Shown piece after piece: positions 50,166 through 63,834 of a stretch of 64,000 nucleotides of DNA. Numbering within the stretch: position 1 is the first letter of the stretch; each line of letters begins with the position of its first letter. The notes beneath the pieces were generated by a model. The model saw only the letters and a program-made list of their open reading frames with translations, did no database searches and was not told where the DNA came from. The stretch lies in assembly GCA_013265495.1 (NCBI GenBank), contig MU058718.1, positions 1,612,001-1,676,000 of the forward strand. The letters run 5' to 3'. Both the position numbers and the translations under genes were made by a program. The DNA is from Vicugna vicugna (taxonomy: Eukaryota).

Positions 50166-51469
50166 CAACCAATCAATAAGTTTGAAAATAGTCATTTATT
50201 TCGTGAATCTAATAAGGTTGAAGAATTTTTATCAGTTTTGGTTGAAGATGTGTGTTTTGTTTTTTCCTTTGATGTTATGGGAGATGAAGAGATCCCAGAC
50301 TTCTAGGCCAAATAACTGAAAGTTCATGAGACCATTGGTTGGTATGAAAAAATCAAGTTGTAAGAGGGCAGCCAGAAGGGGAAGAAGAGCGTGGCATCTC
50401 AAAATGACATGGTTGGCAGCCGTGGGAATTGTGTAATTGTACCATGTCAGAGCTGGAGGAATAATCTGGAGGCATAAATCTTGACAAAGAGAGGATTTTG
50501 CAGTTATGAGAATTAATAAGTACACCAAACATAGTCCACACTCGCTAAATATTTGTTAGAATAAGCTGAATGAAAAAGAGTGGGTAAAAAGTACTCAGGG
50601 GTAGGGAACTATGAACATAGCCTTCAAAGATGCCCTCGGCTGTGAAATGAGTCAACCGAAGAGACCTAGAAACAATCACAAAAGAGGAAGGAGGCAGAAA
50701 GGGAAGGCCCAGTGTCAGGGAAGCCAAAATTCAGGAATATTTTTTGAAAAGATGTGGTCACTAGTGTCAAATCGAAGAAGCAAGATAAAGAAACTGCGTC
50801 AGGTCTGTTGAGGGGAAAACGTGTTTCAAAATGTTCTCTGGAAGGGATATGATCCTGAAAATTTCCTGAAAATTTTAAGGGCTGAGATATAAGCTGGCTC
50901 ATTTTATGGTAACGGCAATCAACAACTATACAAATTAAGCTAAAGCCTATTTCAACTAAGAAAAAAAATCAAAACTAGTAAGAAAGGGACAACAGAAAAA
51001 AAAAAAAAAAAGGAAAGAAAAAAGTTCCACTGGGGCAGAAAAAAAAAACCGTCTGGGCTTTGATAAACTGAACAACATCCTGCCTCTGGATAACATTTAT
51101 TCTTGTTCCTCGGCTCTCTCAGAAGAAAATCGAGCAGCATTTCCCCAAAGCCCAGGGAGATTAAGACCTTCCCTGTGAATACTTAGAAGTAGTTTATTAT
51201 TTAAAAGTTGTTTTACAAAATGCCAGCAGTCTTAGCCTGGGAATCTCGGATGATGGGCTTTGGAAGATCTACGACCCCTCCTTATACTACATTCTGTTCC
51301 TGTTACTTGTGTGGAAAAGGGTCTATGGCTTCCATCAGATTCTCAAAGAACTTGTTACCCTATAAAAGTTGAGAACCACTATTCTAGAGAAAGTGATCCT
51401 TTTGGCCACTGGGGGGAAAGGTTTAAAGGATTTCTGATGGCCAGTTGGGCTGACATCTGCACATTCTTT

Positions 51470-52760
51470 ACCCTCACCAGTCTCCCTTCCATCTCAGTGG
51501 AAGTACTGCTCTCCTCTGGGGCTTTCCCTGTGCTTTAAGTCTCACCTCCTCTCTGTTTCTTCTCAGTCTCCTTTGCCTCATAAATATTGTAGTTCCCAGG
51601 ACTCTGCCCTTCTTGACTTTCTCTTCTTACTTTATGCGTTCTGTCTTGTCAATCTGTATTCTGTCTGCCTCTAACAAATATCTACAGGATGGTTATAGTC
51701 TGAAAACATAAGTGAATATATACAAAATGATTTATTGAAACTATGTTATAATACATGACAAAGTGTTACTATCTATGTTTTCAGAATTTATGGTCACCCT
51801 GTAGATATTATGGTTTCTAAATCAATCTCAAGCCAAGAAATTCTTTCTTGAGCTGGATGTGATTTTCAGACTGTGCACTGTCAGTGGAACACCTCTACAT
51901 GGCATCCCCCAGACACTTCTCATGTCACATGCCCAGTATCACCTCTTCTTGCCTTCCCCTCTCTAGGGAATGGCATCCCCATTCCTACTCAGCTCCCAAG
52001 GAAGAGACCTGGGATTTAGCCTCTGTAGCTCCCAGGTTTCTGAGCGTTATACTCAGCAGCCCCCTCTTCTTCACTACTTCTCTTTCCAACTGATCACATC
52101 AATCGTATCTCTCCTATTCACAAACACTTTTCAAATCTTCCCCACCCCAGTCCATCTCCACCAGTATTGTCTTAATTTAAGCACTTATTATTTCTTGCCT
52201 CAACTACTGTATTAGAGCCTCTCCATGGTCTTCTTACCTCAGATCTCACCTCCTTCCAACCAATCCCTCCTCCAAAGAATCTTCCTAAAATGCAAATCTG
52301 ACTGTAATAATCTACTACTTCAAACTCTCCCGTAGCTCCAATTGCTGAACACTATCACCCAAACTCTTTGGCCTGGCATACAAGGACTTTGTCTTCTGCC
52401 TTTTCACCCTCATCTCTTTGGTGTTACAGCCACTAACTTGACCTTCCCCAAACATGTCTTGATCCTTCTGCTTGATTCCCACCAGCGATCAGCTTCTATT
52501 TCTCCTTCAAGGCTCGGCTCGAGAGTCCCTGGAATTATCCCTTCCCCCACCGCTATCACCACCCTCTAGAGCTTAGACTTCTTTTTTCTGAGCTCTGGGA
52601 GCAACTTACATCATTATCATAATATATTACAATCATTTGTTTATAATCTCTTCTCCACCACATTGTGAGCTCCCAAGGACCATTTTTTTTAATATTTGTA
52701 TTAATAAATCTGTCATAATTAGCACCTAGCATTCAATAATTATATATTGAATGGAAGGAT
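51470..52760 (+). mobile_element. L2 (fragmented, running to the 3' end)
   Basis: 'gaatggcatccccattcc', 'aatcttcctaaaatgcaaatctgact', 'ttgtgagctcccaagg', and tail 'cattcaataattatatattgaatggaagga'. Confidence 0.75.
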
Positions 52761-52811
52761 GATAAGTGGCAGGGAAACAAATTGCTTGGAACTGGAAAAG
52801 AATTTGTATTT

Positions 52812-53529
52812 TGTAATAGGCAAAGGGTCTCATGTGATGAATACTAGCTCCTGACCCAGATTAGGCAGGTATGGTTTACTAGTATAGAACCATAAAGACC
52901 ACAATGGGACAGGACTTAGATCCAAGCACAGGTAATGAAGGAAAAGACCACTTTGGGGAATGAGAAGAAGTCCAGGCTAGCGGACAGTTCAGGGTACCCA
53001 AAAGGATAACAGACACCTAATTTCTTTAAGAAGAAGAAGTCCATGAGTGTGTGTGTTGTCAACAAGATCTACCGGAGTGCCCTGACAGTTGCAGGGTCCA
53101 CAGCCATGTCCTAAATTGGTCCATATTTTGCAACTCTGATTGAGGGTAACCAGCGTTAAAGAAGTGGTTGAGCAGGAAGTAGTGCCAGGTCCCAGGGAAG
53201 AACTGGCAGGGCAGGTCCAGGTCAGGCTGGGACTCTCAGCTGGTTATCAGGACTGGGAACCAGGCACAGAGAAACAAGGTAGATTTTGCGTCAATATCAA
53301 GATTAAGGGGAGCTTGGTGTCAGGGACACAACTCCACTGGGAGCAAAGCCAAAAGCAGAGTTCCAGCAACACAGTGACTGAGGCTGTTGTGGGAGTATGG
53401 AGTTAGAGCCCCTGAAAGTCCCACCGAAGACAGGATCGACCCAGAGTTGGGGAGAGAGCAGAGTGAGGCAAGGACTGTGTCTCAACCTGAGGGGGAGTGC
53501 AGGGCTGGGGAGTCAGGCAGGCCCTCACA
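52812..53529. mobile_element. Ancient LTR (MamGypLTR/LTR88-like, tentative)
   Basis: TGTAA...CTCACA ends with a G-rich 'gggcaggtccaggtcaggctggga...ggaaccaggc' body; no TSD. Confidence 0.45.
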
Positions 53530-55599
53530 ATGTCTGAGGGACACTCACTCAGGAAACTTGAACACCCTCTTAGAAGTGCAGACCCAGTTTTATTTCTCTT
53601 AATCAGACACTTTTCTTTTGGTACTTTTTCCATCAAATCCTTAGTTCTTCCAGGGAAACATGGGTTTTCCTCCTTCACAGTAAGACACATAAAGATAAGT
53701 AAAATCAGGCTAAAAAAACGTTTGCTTTTTACATTTTAGTTTTGAAACTGAAAAGAAATTCTCACAAAACAGGGTCACTGGATTCTTTCAAAAATCATAA
53801 AATCAAAGTCTGTTAGAGCAAAAGCGAGCTCTTTATTCAGTCAATTTACTGAATGTCATTTTACTGAATTCAGTGATTTTACTGCTGTTCAGGGTTGGGC
53901 AGCAGTGATTCAGGCCACTACAGGCAACAAGGGGAGGTCATCTGGAAAACAAGGAGATGAGCCTAAGATCTCCCACTCTGCATCTTAAGCTTCAGATCAG
54001 ATTATACTTGAAAACCAAAAGGAGTTTTGAGGCTGAAGTTTTTCAGTGATGCATCAAACATAAATTTTTTCTTTTATAGATGAAGGAATTGAACCCTAGA
54101 TGAGTTCAACAAAATTCCAGAGCCATGTCTCTAGCCACGGTGAACATCTGAGGACACAGTGGGAGACGAAGTAAAAAACTGCTCATTCTCTTGAAGCTTC
54201 TGGTCTACAACAGAGAATCAATGACCCAATGCTCATGTTCAGGGAACCCAAAGAGTGATATACATTTTAAACAAAGGCATGACTGGGAAGGTACATACCT
54301 CTATACTGATCAGCATCTGTATTTTCAGCTTATACATTAAAAAAAAATCCCCAAAGCAAAATGACAAATGGTCCTATCTTTATAAAATTGAAAGAACGGT
54401 TTGAGTGGAGCAGACCAGTGAGGGTGCAGTCTAAGAACACAAAAAGCCATTCTGTATCTTTCAAACAAAATTGGTACAGAGATTGGTTACGTAGATGATG
54501 GGAAAGCTGAGAATCTAAACAAAGGATGGGGAGACTTCCCCAAGATGAGCAAACCAGGAAGACGCCACCGCCCCTGGGGCTGCAGCGTCAGCATGGGAGT
54601 GGTGTTCCCAGAGTTCATCCAATGGCGCTGGGCCAGGAAGGAGGTTTCCAGTGGGGATGGGCCCACAGAGGGAGAAGCTGCCCAGGGGGCCTAAAAATCC
54701 TAGAGCAGATTCCGTTGTGACTCCTTCCAAAAAAAATCACAAGAGACTTTCTTTCAAGATAAGGGAAAGTCAAGTTAAATTAGGAAGTGACTCTTCCCCA
54801 GTTCCACCCCATCTCTCTCTTTCTGGTTTTTGCTTGCCATCTGATTCATCTTCTTCACCCTCAGAGGCACCTCTGAGAGGGGAGTTTTCCAGCTCCCTCT
54901 CCAAAGAAAGGAAGCAATCCAACAATGCTGAGCTGAGCCAACAGCCCATATCCTCTGGGGTAGGAATCACGGCATGAGAACTGAGCCATCACAAGATAAA
55001 GTGACCCCAAGAAGCGTGCTCCCTGAGCACTATGAAAACAGAAAGGTTAAAGATGATGACTAACTGCATTTGAATCGCCTTCCAAGTTCTACTTTCCTTA
55101 ATTAATCCAATTCTTCACTCTGTGACATAGAGTGGACTTTTAAAAGAAACATTTTAAACCCACACAGTCAGTTGCCTTCTTCAAGCCTTCAAAAGCATAA
55201 TCCAGAAAGACAGGAATCAGAGATGTCAACTCTGCTTTCCCAGTGGGATGTTTCTGGAAACCCACCATTTTTCATATCTGTTCCTTGAGAGCTGAGGAAA
55301 CTTGAATTAATTGTTTGGGGGGAAATATGCAGCAAGGGATCGTGGACTGCCACTTTCAAGGTCACCCTGACACGTGAAGGTTTTCCAGAATTCCAGGACC
55401 TGGTTCATTCCAGCACATTGCTTTGTCATGCTGTCAGCTGCCAGTGGGCCAGGTGACAAGAGTCAAGCCACCTCTGAGCCAGCCAAGCCTGAGGTCATAG
55501 AAGCAGATATTGGATTCTAAATTTTCCCCCTCTTCCTTCCAGTTCACTCTCCCACCTGGACACCCAGGCCACCCCTAGTCCATCTCCCTTCCCCTCTGC

Positions 55600-56330
55600 A
55601 TTCATCAATTCATTTAATAAACATTCATGGATCACCTATTATGTTCCAGGCAATAGAGGCAGAGCAGAGAACAAAATAAGCAAAAGTCCACATCATCATG
55701 GAGCTTATATTCTAATCTGGGTGAAAACAAATAAGTAAAATATGTGGTTTGTCCAACGATGACATGGGGTTACGAAAAATAGTAATAATAAAGTAGGGAA
55801 AGGTCGTATGTCTTCCTAGTGTGGAAGCATCAAAATTTATAAAAGGAGGTCCATGGAAGACCTGTTTGTAAGAATGATCTTTAAGCAAAAATCTGAAATG
55901 CAAGTGTGATTGGTACAAGTGTTTTAGGAACAAGCATTTCAGAGGTAATAGGAAGTGCCAGGGTCCTGGAACTGGACGATGCATTGATACACTCTTGGAA
56001 CAGCAAGAAGCCCATTGTAGTTAGAGGAGAATGAGTATAGGGAAGAGACAGGAGTAAGAGACGTGTTCAGAAATGTGAGAGAAATGAGATTTTGCAGGAC
56101 TCTCTGGGCTTCTTAAGAACTCTGTCATTTACTCTAATTTAGATAGAGAGCCAGCGGAGCAGAAGAGTGATCTGATCTAACTTGCTTTTCCATCAGGATT
56201 GTTCTGTCTTTAGGGTGGAGGATAGGATGTAGGGGACATAAGGGCAAAAAAGCAAGGAACACAGTTGCGTTAATCCAGGGACAAAGGTGGAGGCAGTAGT
56301 AATTAGATTCTCAACATATTTTAGATGTAT
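55600..56330 (-). mobile_element. L2 3' region
   Basis: 'ttcatttaataaacattcatggatcacctattatgttccaggca...catggagcttatattcta...cagcaagaagcccattgtag'. Confidence 0.8.
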
Positions 56331-56579
56331 TTGTAAGGTCCTACAAAAGATGAATTTGTGACCATTCTCTTTACTTGAGTCTTTGGGATAAATCTAGGAT
56401 TTTCATTAATCTAGGGTGCAGGAACTTTGGAGCAGTGAGGAGCTCTGTCATCAAAGCTTGGGTTAGTACCTGTCACTGATCTTATTTTAAAGAAATTGTG
56501 AAGAGGGAAGTATAATGAAGAAGAAAGGAGATAAGAAGTTAACGTTTGTTAGAATGAGGAACATCAACATCAATATATT

Positions 56580-56802
56580 GGGATTTTAATATGGTTAAGT
56601 CCCTATATTAAGAGGTTTGTATATGTTATCTCATTTAATCCTTAAAGTAATCATATGAAAATAGAACTTTTATCCCCTTATGAGAAGGTGATAGCTCAGG
56701 AAGTCTTAACAGCTTTGTCTAAGTCATACGACTAATACAAGGTCAACTTAGAACTTGAGCCCAGCTCACTTTCTCTAAAGTCTCTGGTATTTCCTCTACA
56801 CT
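56580..56802 (-). mobile_element. MIR SINE
   Basis: 'tgttatctcatttaatcctta...gaacttgagcccag'. Confidence 0.6.
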
Positions 56803-56899
56803 ATGATTATTCATTCACTCAATACATGTGTGTTGTATGCCAAGTGCGGCTGCACAAAACACTGTGATGAGCAAGCTGACAATTTGCTGGCAGATTTTA

Positions 56900-57225
56900 T
56901 CTGGGCTGTAATAAATAAAAGTGTTTGACCTGAGCTACTGGAAGCATGTAGCTATATTTCCTGAGATGGGGAAGACTGTGGTTTGAAAGGGAATCAAGAC
57001 ATCATGTTTGAGAAGTTGGGTAGGCGTTTGATGCATTAGTCTAGATTTCAGGGGTGGACAAAGGCTGGAGATAGAAGGGTAGAAATCATTAGTGTGTATG
57101 CAGTACTTAAATCTCTGAGTCTAGGTAAAATCACCTAGGGAGTGAGCATAGCTGGAAAAAAAGGCATCTGAGCCCCAGAACACGCCAATCTTTAAAAGTC
57201 AGAGAGATAAAGAGGAGTTGGGGGA
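56900..57225 (-). mobile_element. L2 fragment
   Basis: 'ctgagatggggaagactg...ggctggagatag...aaatcacctagggagtgag...ctgagcccc'. Confidence 0.7.
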
Positions 57226-57299
57226 AAACAAAAACAAAAACTGGCCATCACCATCCCTAGACCTACTCAAATTAGAATCTCGGAAGTTTAATCCAGTAA

Positions 57300-57945
57300 T
57301 CTGGAGAGCAATTTAGACATCCAAGTTCATGAAGCTCATAGGTTCCCAAACAGACTCAATCCAAAGAAATCTTTTTCAAGACACATTATGATAGTACTGT
57401 CTAAAATCAAAAAGAGAATATTTTAAAGCAGCAAGAGAAAAAAATCCTTCACATACAAAGTAACCCCATAAGGCTTTCATTGGATTTCTCACCAAAACTC
57501 TTTCAGGCCAGAAGAGAGTGAAATGATATATTCAAAGAGCTAAAAGAGGGGGGGAAATCTGCCAACCAAGAATATCTTTCCCAGCCAAGCTGTCCTTCAG
57601 AAATGAGAGATAAAGGCTTTCCCTCAATGAACAAAAGCTGAGGGAGCTCATCACCGCTAGCTCTGTCTTAAAAGAAATGCTGAGAGGAGTTCTTCAAGCT
57701 GAAATAAAAGGGCACTAATTGTAACATGAAAGCATATGAAAATATAGAACACACCAGTAAAGGTAAGTGTATACAGTCACATTCATAATACTCTGATGTG
57801 GTGGTGTGTTAATCACTTCACTCCAGTTTAAAGGTAAAAAGACAAAATTATTTTTTAAAACTATAGCTACAATAATCTGTAATGGTTATGCAATATAAAA
57901 AGGTATAAATTGTGACATCAAAAACATAAAGTTGGTTGGTGGGGA
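57300..57945 (+). mobile_element. L1M ORF1 C-terminal half and inter-ORF spacer (degenerate)
   Basis: 'caagacacattat...aaagcagcaagagaaaa...caggccagaagagagtgaaatgatatattcaaag...ctgccaaccaagaata...aagctgagggagctcatcacc'. Confidence 0.85.
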
Positions 57946-58699
57946 AAGAGGCGAAATGGTAAGACTAAATTTTAGATCACTTCATTCAATTCCAAAGAAA
58001 TAGGTATATCCTAAATTTTAATCTCCTGTGTGGTCTTAGTTGTATTCCTAGTTTTCAAAAAGAGAAAATGGGGGAGATGTTTTTAAGCATGTTGGCTGCG
58101 TTTCTTTGTTCATTGTTCCATCACACAGGCTGATCAAAGAAATCCTAGCTTGCTTCTGTGTGCCTATTAAACAATGGAGCAGATGACAACAAAAAAAAAA
58201 AGAGAGAAAAGATTAAAATCTATTTTTATACAGGTTAGAGTTATCCAGGGAAGTGCCAATGGCAGACACCCCAAAAAGGGACTCTGATAGGCGGCATGAA
58301 TCATTGAGCTTGACAAAGCCACAAATCTGATGGTGAGGTCAACAAAAGGGAACTCAAAATCTAAAGGCCGGCAGAAGCAAAATGGCCCATGAGAGTCACT
58401 GCAGCCGACTACACGTTTCTCTTTATGTATAGCCTGCTTGTCACAGCTACAACTACATATACAAGGGTTGAAATTCTAAGTGAAGATAAATATCAACATA
58501 AGATACACTAATGGAGGGAAAGAGAGCTAAGTTAAGGCTTCATAAATCTGCAGTGTTTAGTACTGCTGAAAGATAAGATGATCAGAAACTTCCACCTGGG
58601 ATTCAGAGAGGAAAAAATAGCTGGATTTGCTGAAAGGCTCAGTAAATGTTTGGAGAATTGAATCCCTACAGAACTTCGTATATAACTTGGGATGAAGTT

Positions 58700-58860
58700 T
58701 TACTTGAGCTCTTGATCCAAATACCAGCAACATGGGAATCACCTGAAAGCTTGTTAGAAATGCAGAATAGCAGGCCAATCCCAGACCTCCCGAATCAGAA
58801 TCAGCAATTTAATAAAGACCCCAAGTGCTGTGTCTGCACATTAAAGTTTGAGAAGCTCCA
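58700..58860. mobile_element. MER5A hAT-Charlie MITE
   Basis: 'atcacctgaaagcttgttagaaatgcagaat...ccagacc...gaatcagaatc...tgcacattaaagtttgagaagc'. Confidence 0.85.
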
Positions 58861-59694
58861 ACATGGGCTTCTGTTGTACTTAAAAGTGTCAGTGATGAAG
58901 CAGGTAAAAGGAAAGGAAATGGCGGCCGGCTCGCCACCAGGCTATGATAGAGAACGCACAGGCACCTACACTCTTTCCTTAGATTTCAACAACAAAAGAC
59001 AGGAAGCCCCTCAGTTTGTTAGGCAAATGAAGGTTGGTTAAGGAGGAATTTGGAAGAAAGGTATGAGCCCTTAATTAAAAGCAGTCCCAGACTAGCTACC
59101 AACTAAAGCAATGGAAATTACAGTCAAAGAGCGACAATTCAGTTTTGGTAACTGGAATTTCCAGATGCACGGAAAATGTGAACTTAAGAGGACTTCACAA
59201 ACATGAACATTTCTGCAGAGTCTTCAGTGGCCGTGAGTCGCACTTGCTTGCATAGCACTGAATTCTAACCCTCTCCTAGAGTGAGCCTCAGCCCAATGGG
59301 CCAGACGAAGTCCACCAGGAGCAGGACCTGGGAACTTTGTGTCCTAAGACAAACCAACACGTGTGCTCGCTGTTCTGAAAGTGCCTTCCGGGGAGGCCTC
59401 TTCCTTCCACCACACAGTGTTGAGCAAGGGGCGGGGAAAAGTCATAGCCGTATCCCAAACATTCTTTTCATCTAACCGCAATTACAGGGGCCCTGCAGCT
59501 TGTTACACAAACCTGTCATCGAGGTTGAAGCTGAAAAATTCAAGTTACACAACAGTAAGAATGGGGCTGTGTGGCCACTCAAGCAAAGGAGCTCAACCTC
59601 AAACCAACTTACTGCTCTTCTGCCATCCACGCGAACAGCAGTAACCCCGCAGAGAGCGGACGCACATCCATGCGATGACCTGCAGAGAGACCAG

Positions 59695-59955
59695 AAGAGC
59701 ACTGAACAGTATTAACTTCGTGCCAGGTGCTGTGTTAAGGTCATTTCATGAATTTTTACATTTGATCTTCAAGTAGTGCTCACGAAGATTATGACTGTAT
59801 CATCATACATTACTCTATTACTGTCTGTATTATTACTGTATTTTTTATCATGATTATCTCTATTATTATTATCTTACTACTGTCTACCTTATTTCTAGTA
59901 GGTGTAGAAATAGAATTCAAACTCTGACCACTTGGCTCCAAAGCCTTACACTTCT
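59695..59955 (-). mobile_element. MIR interrupted by a (TAT)-rich low-complexity tract (~59790-59890)
   Basis: 'gtgccaggtgctgtgttaag...' at the start and 'gaattcaaactctgaccacttggctccaaagcc' at the end. Confidence 0.6.
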
Positions 59956-61282
59956 CTGCTAAAGGACTGGACTTCCAGTTATTTCCTGCACACTCTCCCA
60001 ACATACAGTGTAACGGTGGTAAGTTACGAGGCAGCTTTATTTACCATCTACTTAAAGGGACTTTCTTGCCTGAATACATGCCTACTTGCAAAGGAACTAG
60101 ATAAGAATATTTCTTCTGCTAAGCACAGGAAGTCACTGTAATTGAAGTAAAGGAATTCAGACCATTCATGCCAGTTGGGACTTTGCAGAGGCCCGTGTAG
60201 ACCATTTAGCACATTCAGTACCAAAAATGAAGTCAAGCTGTCTCCCTCTCCACAGCCACTCAGCTGGTGGACTTGGGCTCCAACTGTTCCCGTCTCAAGG
60301 CGGAGATAGGGGAGCATCGGCTCTGGTTTGGAGGATGTTTCTGCACAAGAGGATAGGAGGGCACCAAGAGAAGAATCAAGGTGGTCCTGGGAGACACAGC
60401 TAGGTAAACAGAAGGAGCAGGCACTCAGCCTTCAGAAAATCTCTCCAATCCGTATAGGGAGTTCCAGCACGCAGATACTACATCCTAGAGAACGGCTGGG
60501 GTAGTCCCCTCGCTTCCCTGGAGGTTAGCAGCCAGTCCCAGTTCAGGCTTCCAGGAACACTCCAAGGGGCTGTGGCAGATTTATATGTCAGTAGGGAGCG
60601 AGCTTGCCACCCAGATGCTGTTGTTGGAACAGGATAGAACTTGGCGTCTGGCTGGTAGAGCTGCCAAGCACAACTTGCCCGTGACTGCAGGTGCTGGCTA
60701 CGGCTCCTGCGCCCTCTGGGAAATAGGAGAGTGCAGGAAAATACTACGGGGACGTATTTTCAGCTTAGGGTGTATATCTGTGTTGCTGTATAGAAGAGTG
60801 GTGGTACGATGCTGTGAGCTTCTTTTAAGCATCAGCGCGTCTTCAGGGTTGGGGGAGGCTTTTCTCCTGATGGTCCTCGGTCAAGAGAACTTTGTCACTG
60901 AAAACACACATGCATACCCCACAAAAATTTATTTTAGAATCAGCAGGAAAGTTATCCTATGAGTTTGAGGAGGTCATACATACAGATTCACAGGGGAAGG
61001 AGAAAGCATTAGGCTGTGGGAGAAAGAAAAGGTGGTACCTTCAATCATCCAAACAGGGCTTCCCTCCTGGCTGGGAATTTGCAGTTTTACCTTGAGCAGC
61101 AAGTGGCAGAAGATGAGGTGGCAGGGAGATAGCAAGAGTCTCAACAGAGCATGGTGTGGGTTTTTGGGATTCCCCAGGATGAAGAAATCTTACCAGAAAA
61201 CTATTATTAAAAAGAACCAAGAGTTCAAAAGCAGAGGTTCATTCCCAAATAAAGCCAGTTGGAAAGTGGAAAAGGAAAAAAA

Positions 61283-61917
61283 TGTGGGGTGAGAGGATGG
61301 CCATGTCCTAGGTCTCAGCTGAGTTCCTGGGGTGTGCCCTGCCAAGTGTGAGTCCTTGGCTTTACACAGGAAAGAATTCAAGAGTGAGCCACAGTTGAGT
61401 AAAGGTAGATTTATTCAGAGAGATACATACCCCATAGACTGTTTGAGAAGGTAACAGAAAGGCCACGAGGTGTAGGGGTTGAAAGCTCAGTTTAAAGTAA
61501 AAGTAGACACACACTCAATAGACAGAGTGCAGGCCGTCTTACTCAGAAGGGAGAGAGGCCACGAGGAGTGGGGGTGGTTAGTTTTGATGGGCTCGATAAC
61601 TTTATATAATAACAAGTGGGAGGATTATTCCAACTACTTTGGGGAAAGGGCTGGTGGGATTCCCAGGAATTGGGCCACCGCTCACTTTTGACCTTTTATA
61701 GTCAGCCTCGTAACTGTCATGGCGCCTGTGGAAGTGTCATTTATCATGCTCACATATTACAGTGAGCATATGAGGAAGCTCAAGGTCTACTGGAAGTCGG
61801 ATCTCCTGCCGTCTTGGGCTTCAAGGTCTACTGGGAGTTGAATTTTCTACCATCTTGGTGCTAAATGCTGTGCCTTTGCTTGAATAGCTGTGCTCTGCCC
61901 CTTTCTTTCCTGTCTCA
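61283..61917 (-). mobile_element. ERV1 solo LTR, MER41-like
   Basis: TG...CA ends; AATAAA on the minus strand near 61410. Minus-strand 'ccaagatgg', 'gacacttccacaggcgccatgacagtt' and 'ttcctgggaatcccaccagccctttcccc...gaataatcc' are collinear with MER41. Confidence 0.8.
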
Positions 61918-62429
61918 AAAGGAAAGAAGACAGAAAAAAAAAATCTTTCAATTCAGAAAACTGAAAAAGAAGATAAAGACCAGGTTTCGTGTAAGAAAAT
62001 TTCTGCTCGTTCAAAAGCTGGCTGTTTGTAATTGCTTCCAGCTGGTCATCCACTTGCTCAGGAAGCCTTCTGGCCTCCGCTCTGCCACCAGCGTGCCCTG
62101 GAAGCTCAGGTGTAGTCTCACCGCCTCTTGAACCAGAGATTCTTCACCTACTCAGAGAAACTAGTCATGCTTCCAGACGCAGCAGTGTCCGTGCCTGACG
62201 ACAACATGCCTGCCAGGAGAGGCGGCCAAAGCCTCATTAGATGCCCTTCCCCAGAAAAATAAAAACTACGGAGAATTTAGGAGGCCATATCATTACGTTT
62301 AATTCGCCAGTATTCACATGCCCCGCACTGCACACTAACCAGCTAACCAGCACCAGCAAGGTGCACAGATTAATTTACCCATTCCACAGGTAATTCTTAA
62401 GCACTTAGTCGACATAAAACATTGTATTA

Positions 62430-62625
62430 AGTACAAACTACTGGCATAAAATCAGCTGCAAGGATATGTTGTACAACATGGGGAATATAGCCAATGTTTT
62501 ATAATAACTACAAATGGAGTATAACCTTTAAAAATTGTCAATCACTATATTGGACCCCTGTAACGTATATAATATTGTAGAGCAACTATTCTTCAAAGTT
62601 AAAAAATTTTTTTAATAAATAAAGA
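62430..62625 (+). mobile_element. L1 3' end (older laurasiatherian/artiodactyl type)
   Basis: 'caaggatatgttgtacaacatggggaatatagccaatgttttataataacta...aatcactatattg...caactattcttcaa' plus an A-rich tail. Confidence 0.85.
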
Positions 62626-63834
62626 AACGAAACATGGTTCAAGGCACTGAGAAGGGTGTCTGTCCCATAGTCTGAAGATGCTAACTTCCCAGCAGGGAAT
62701 CTTAAGAAACACACAGAAATCACTATGACTCACAGTAGACCGTGAGAAGGACCAAATGGCATTAGCTGGATTTTTTTGACTGCTCGCCTTATAAAGACAT
62801 TATTCTTCTTCAAATTGATTTTGCCGGTTAAAAAGCTAGAGTGTTTAAGAGCAGTTGGCAGGGAAGGTTTAGTAGTTAGTTCTGTGAGAATCCTATCATT
62901 TAGAAACCCAGGACGGGGACTGGGTATAGGAAACGGGACAAGGAATGCGAGCTCTAAAAAAAGCCTTTGGACTCACTTAGTTGGAAATTACCCTCTTTAT
63001 TCTGGGGCTAGAAGCGTCGCCGTGAGTTTTGGAGAGTTCTCACACAAACTGCATGACCATGCTCCGTCCCATACCCATGAGGAAGCTTCGTTATTTTTCC
63101 TAGCTCTTCATCATTTGCCTTCACACTGACAAAACTGTATTTCAGTTGTATCCTCAAAAAAAAAAAATGAGGTAAGATAATATTACCAAAGATTTCCAGC
63201 TCCTTGTACAAATGAGACCAAGTTTTTCCTGCAGCAATATATCATTAACTTGCCAACATCTGGGCTGAGAGGTGTGTGATGTTTTGAATCAAACTTCAAA
63301 GGTCAAGGGTAAGCAAGGACCTAGAATTCCTATTGCATCTAAAATTATTTTACAGCCTTCAAAAGAACATGGAAAAAATGATTGCAATTCTCAAAATTAT
63401 ATGCTGCCTTTGGGGAAAACATACATCTGAGTCTTGGGGAGCGCATAGGTAATGTCAGCAGGGCCGGGCCATTTTCCACATCGTAGTCAGTGCCAGACAG
63501 GAGGTGCAGAGGCACCGCCTGCGAGTCCCCACCTGTTGTCTGAAATGAGTGTGTGAGCGTTCATCATTTTCTCCCACAAATAGACACCCCTCCCCATTTT
63601 TTCCATTACCTCCTTGTTCCCTAAGCTTGCAATCCTGAGTCATTTTTCACTCTTCCTGTTCTCACATCATGTATTCACTTATTTGACAATTCCCTAACAA
63701 CTCTCTCTGTACCATATCAGACCCTGTCCTGGGCGTCAGGATTCTAATGGTCGCTGCCCTCCTCGAGCCGCAGTCCAGTCACCCTAATGATACACAGTCC
63801 AGGTTGCTAACAGGTAAACAAGCAATTTCAATAG

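Noticed and set aside
49951..50542. 13-bp direct repeat acatagtccacac about 580 bp apart as a possible TSD
   Set aside because: No element with proper ends lies between the copies, and one such match is expected by chance in 64 kb.
60840..60915. Minus-strand splice acceptor 'gtgtgttttcAG' as a possible terminal coding exon
   Set aside because: All frames stop within about 18 codons, and there is no recognisable peptide or partner exon.
62000..62150. Minus-strand 'VKNLWFKRR' resembling homeodomain helix 3
   Set aside because: It is followed immediately by a stop, the acceptor is weak, and the invariant WFxN spacing and the other helices are missing.
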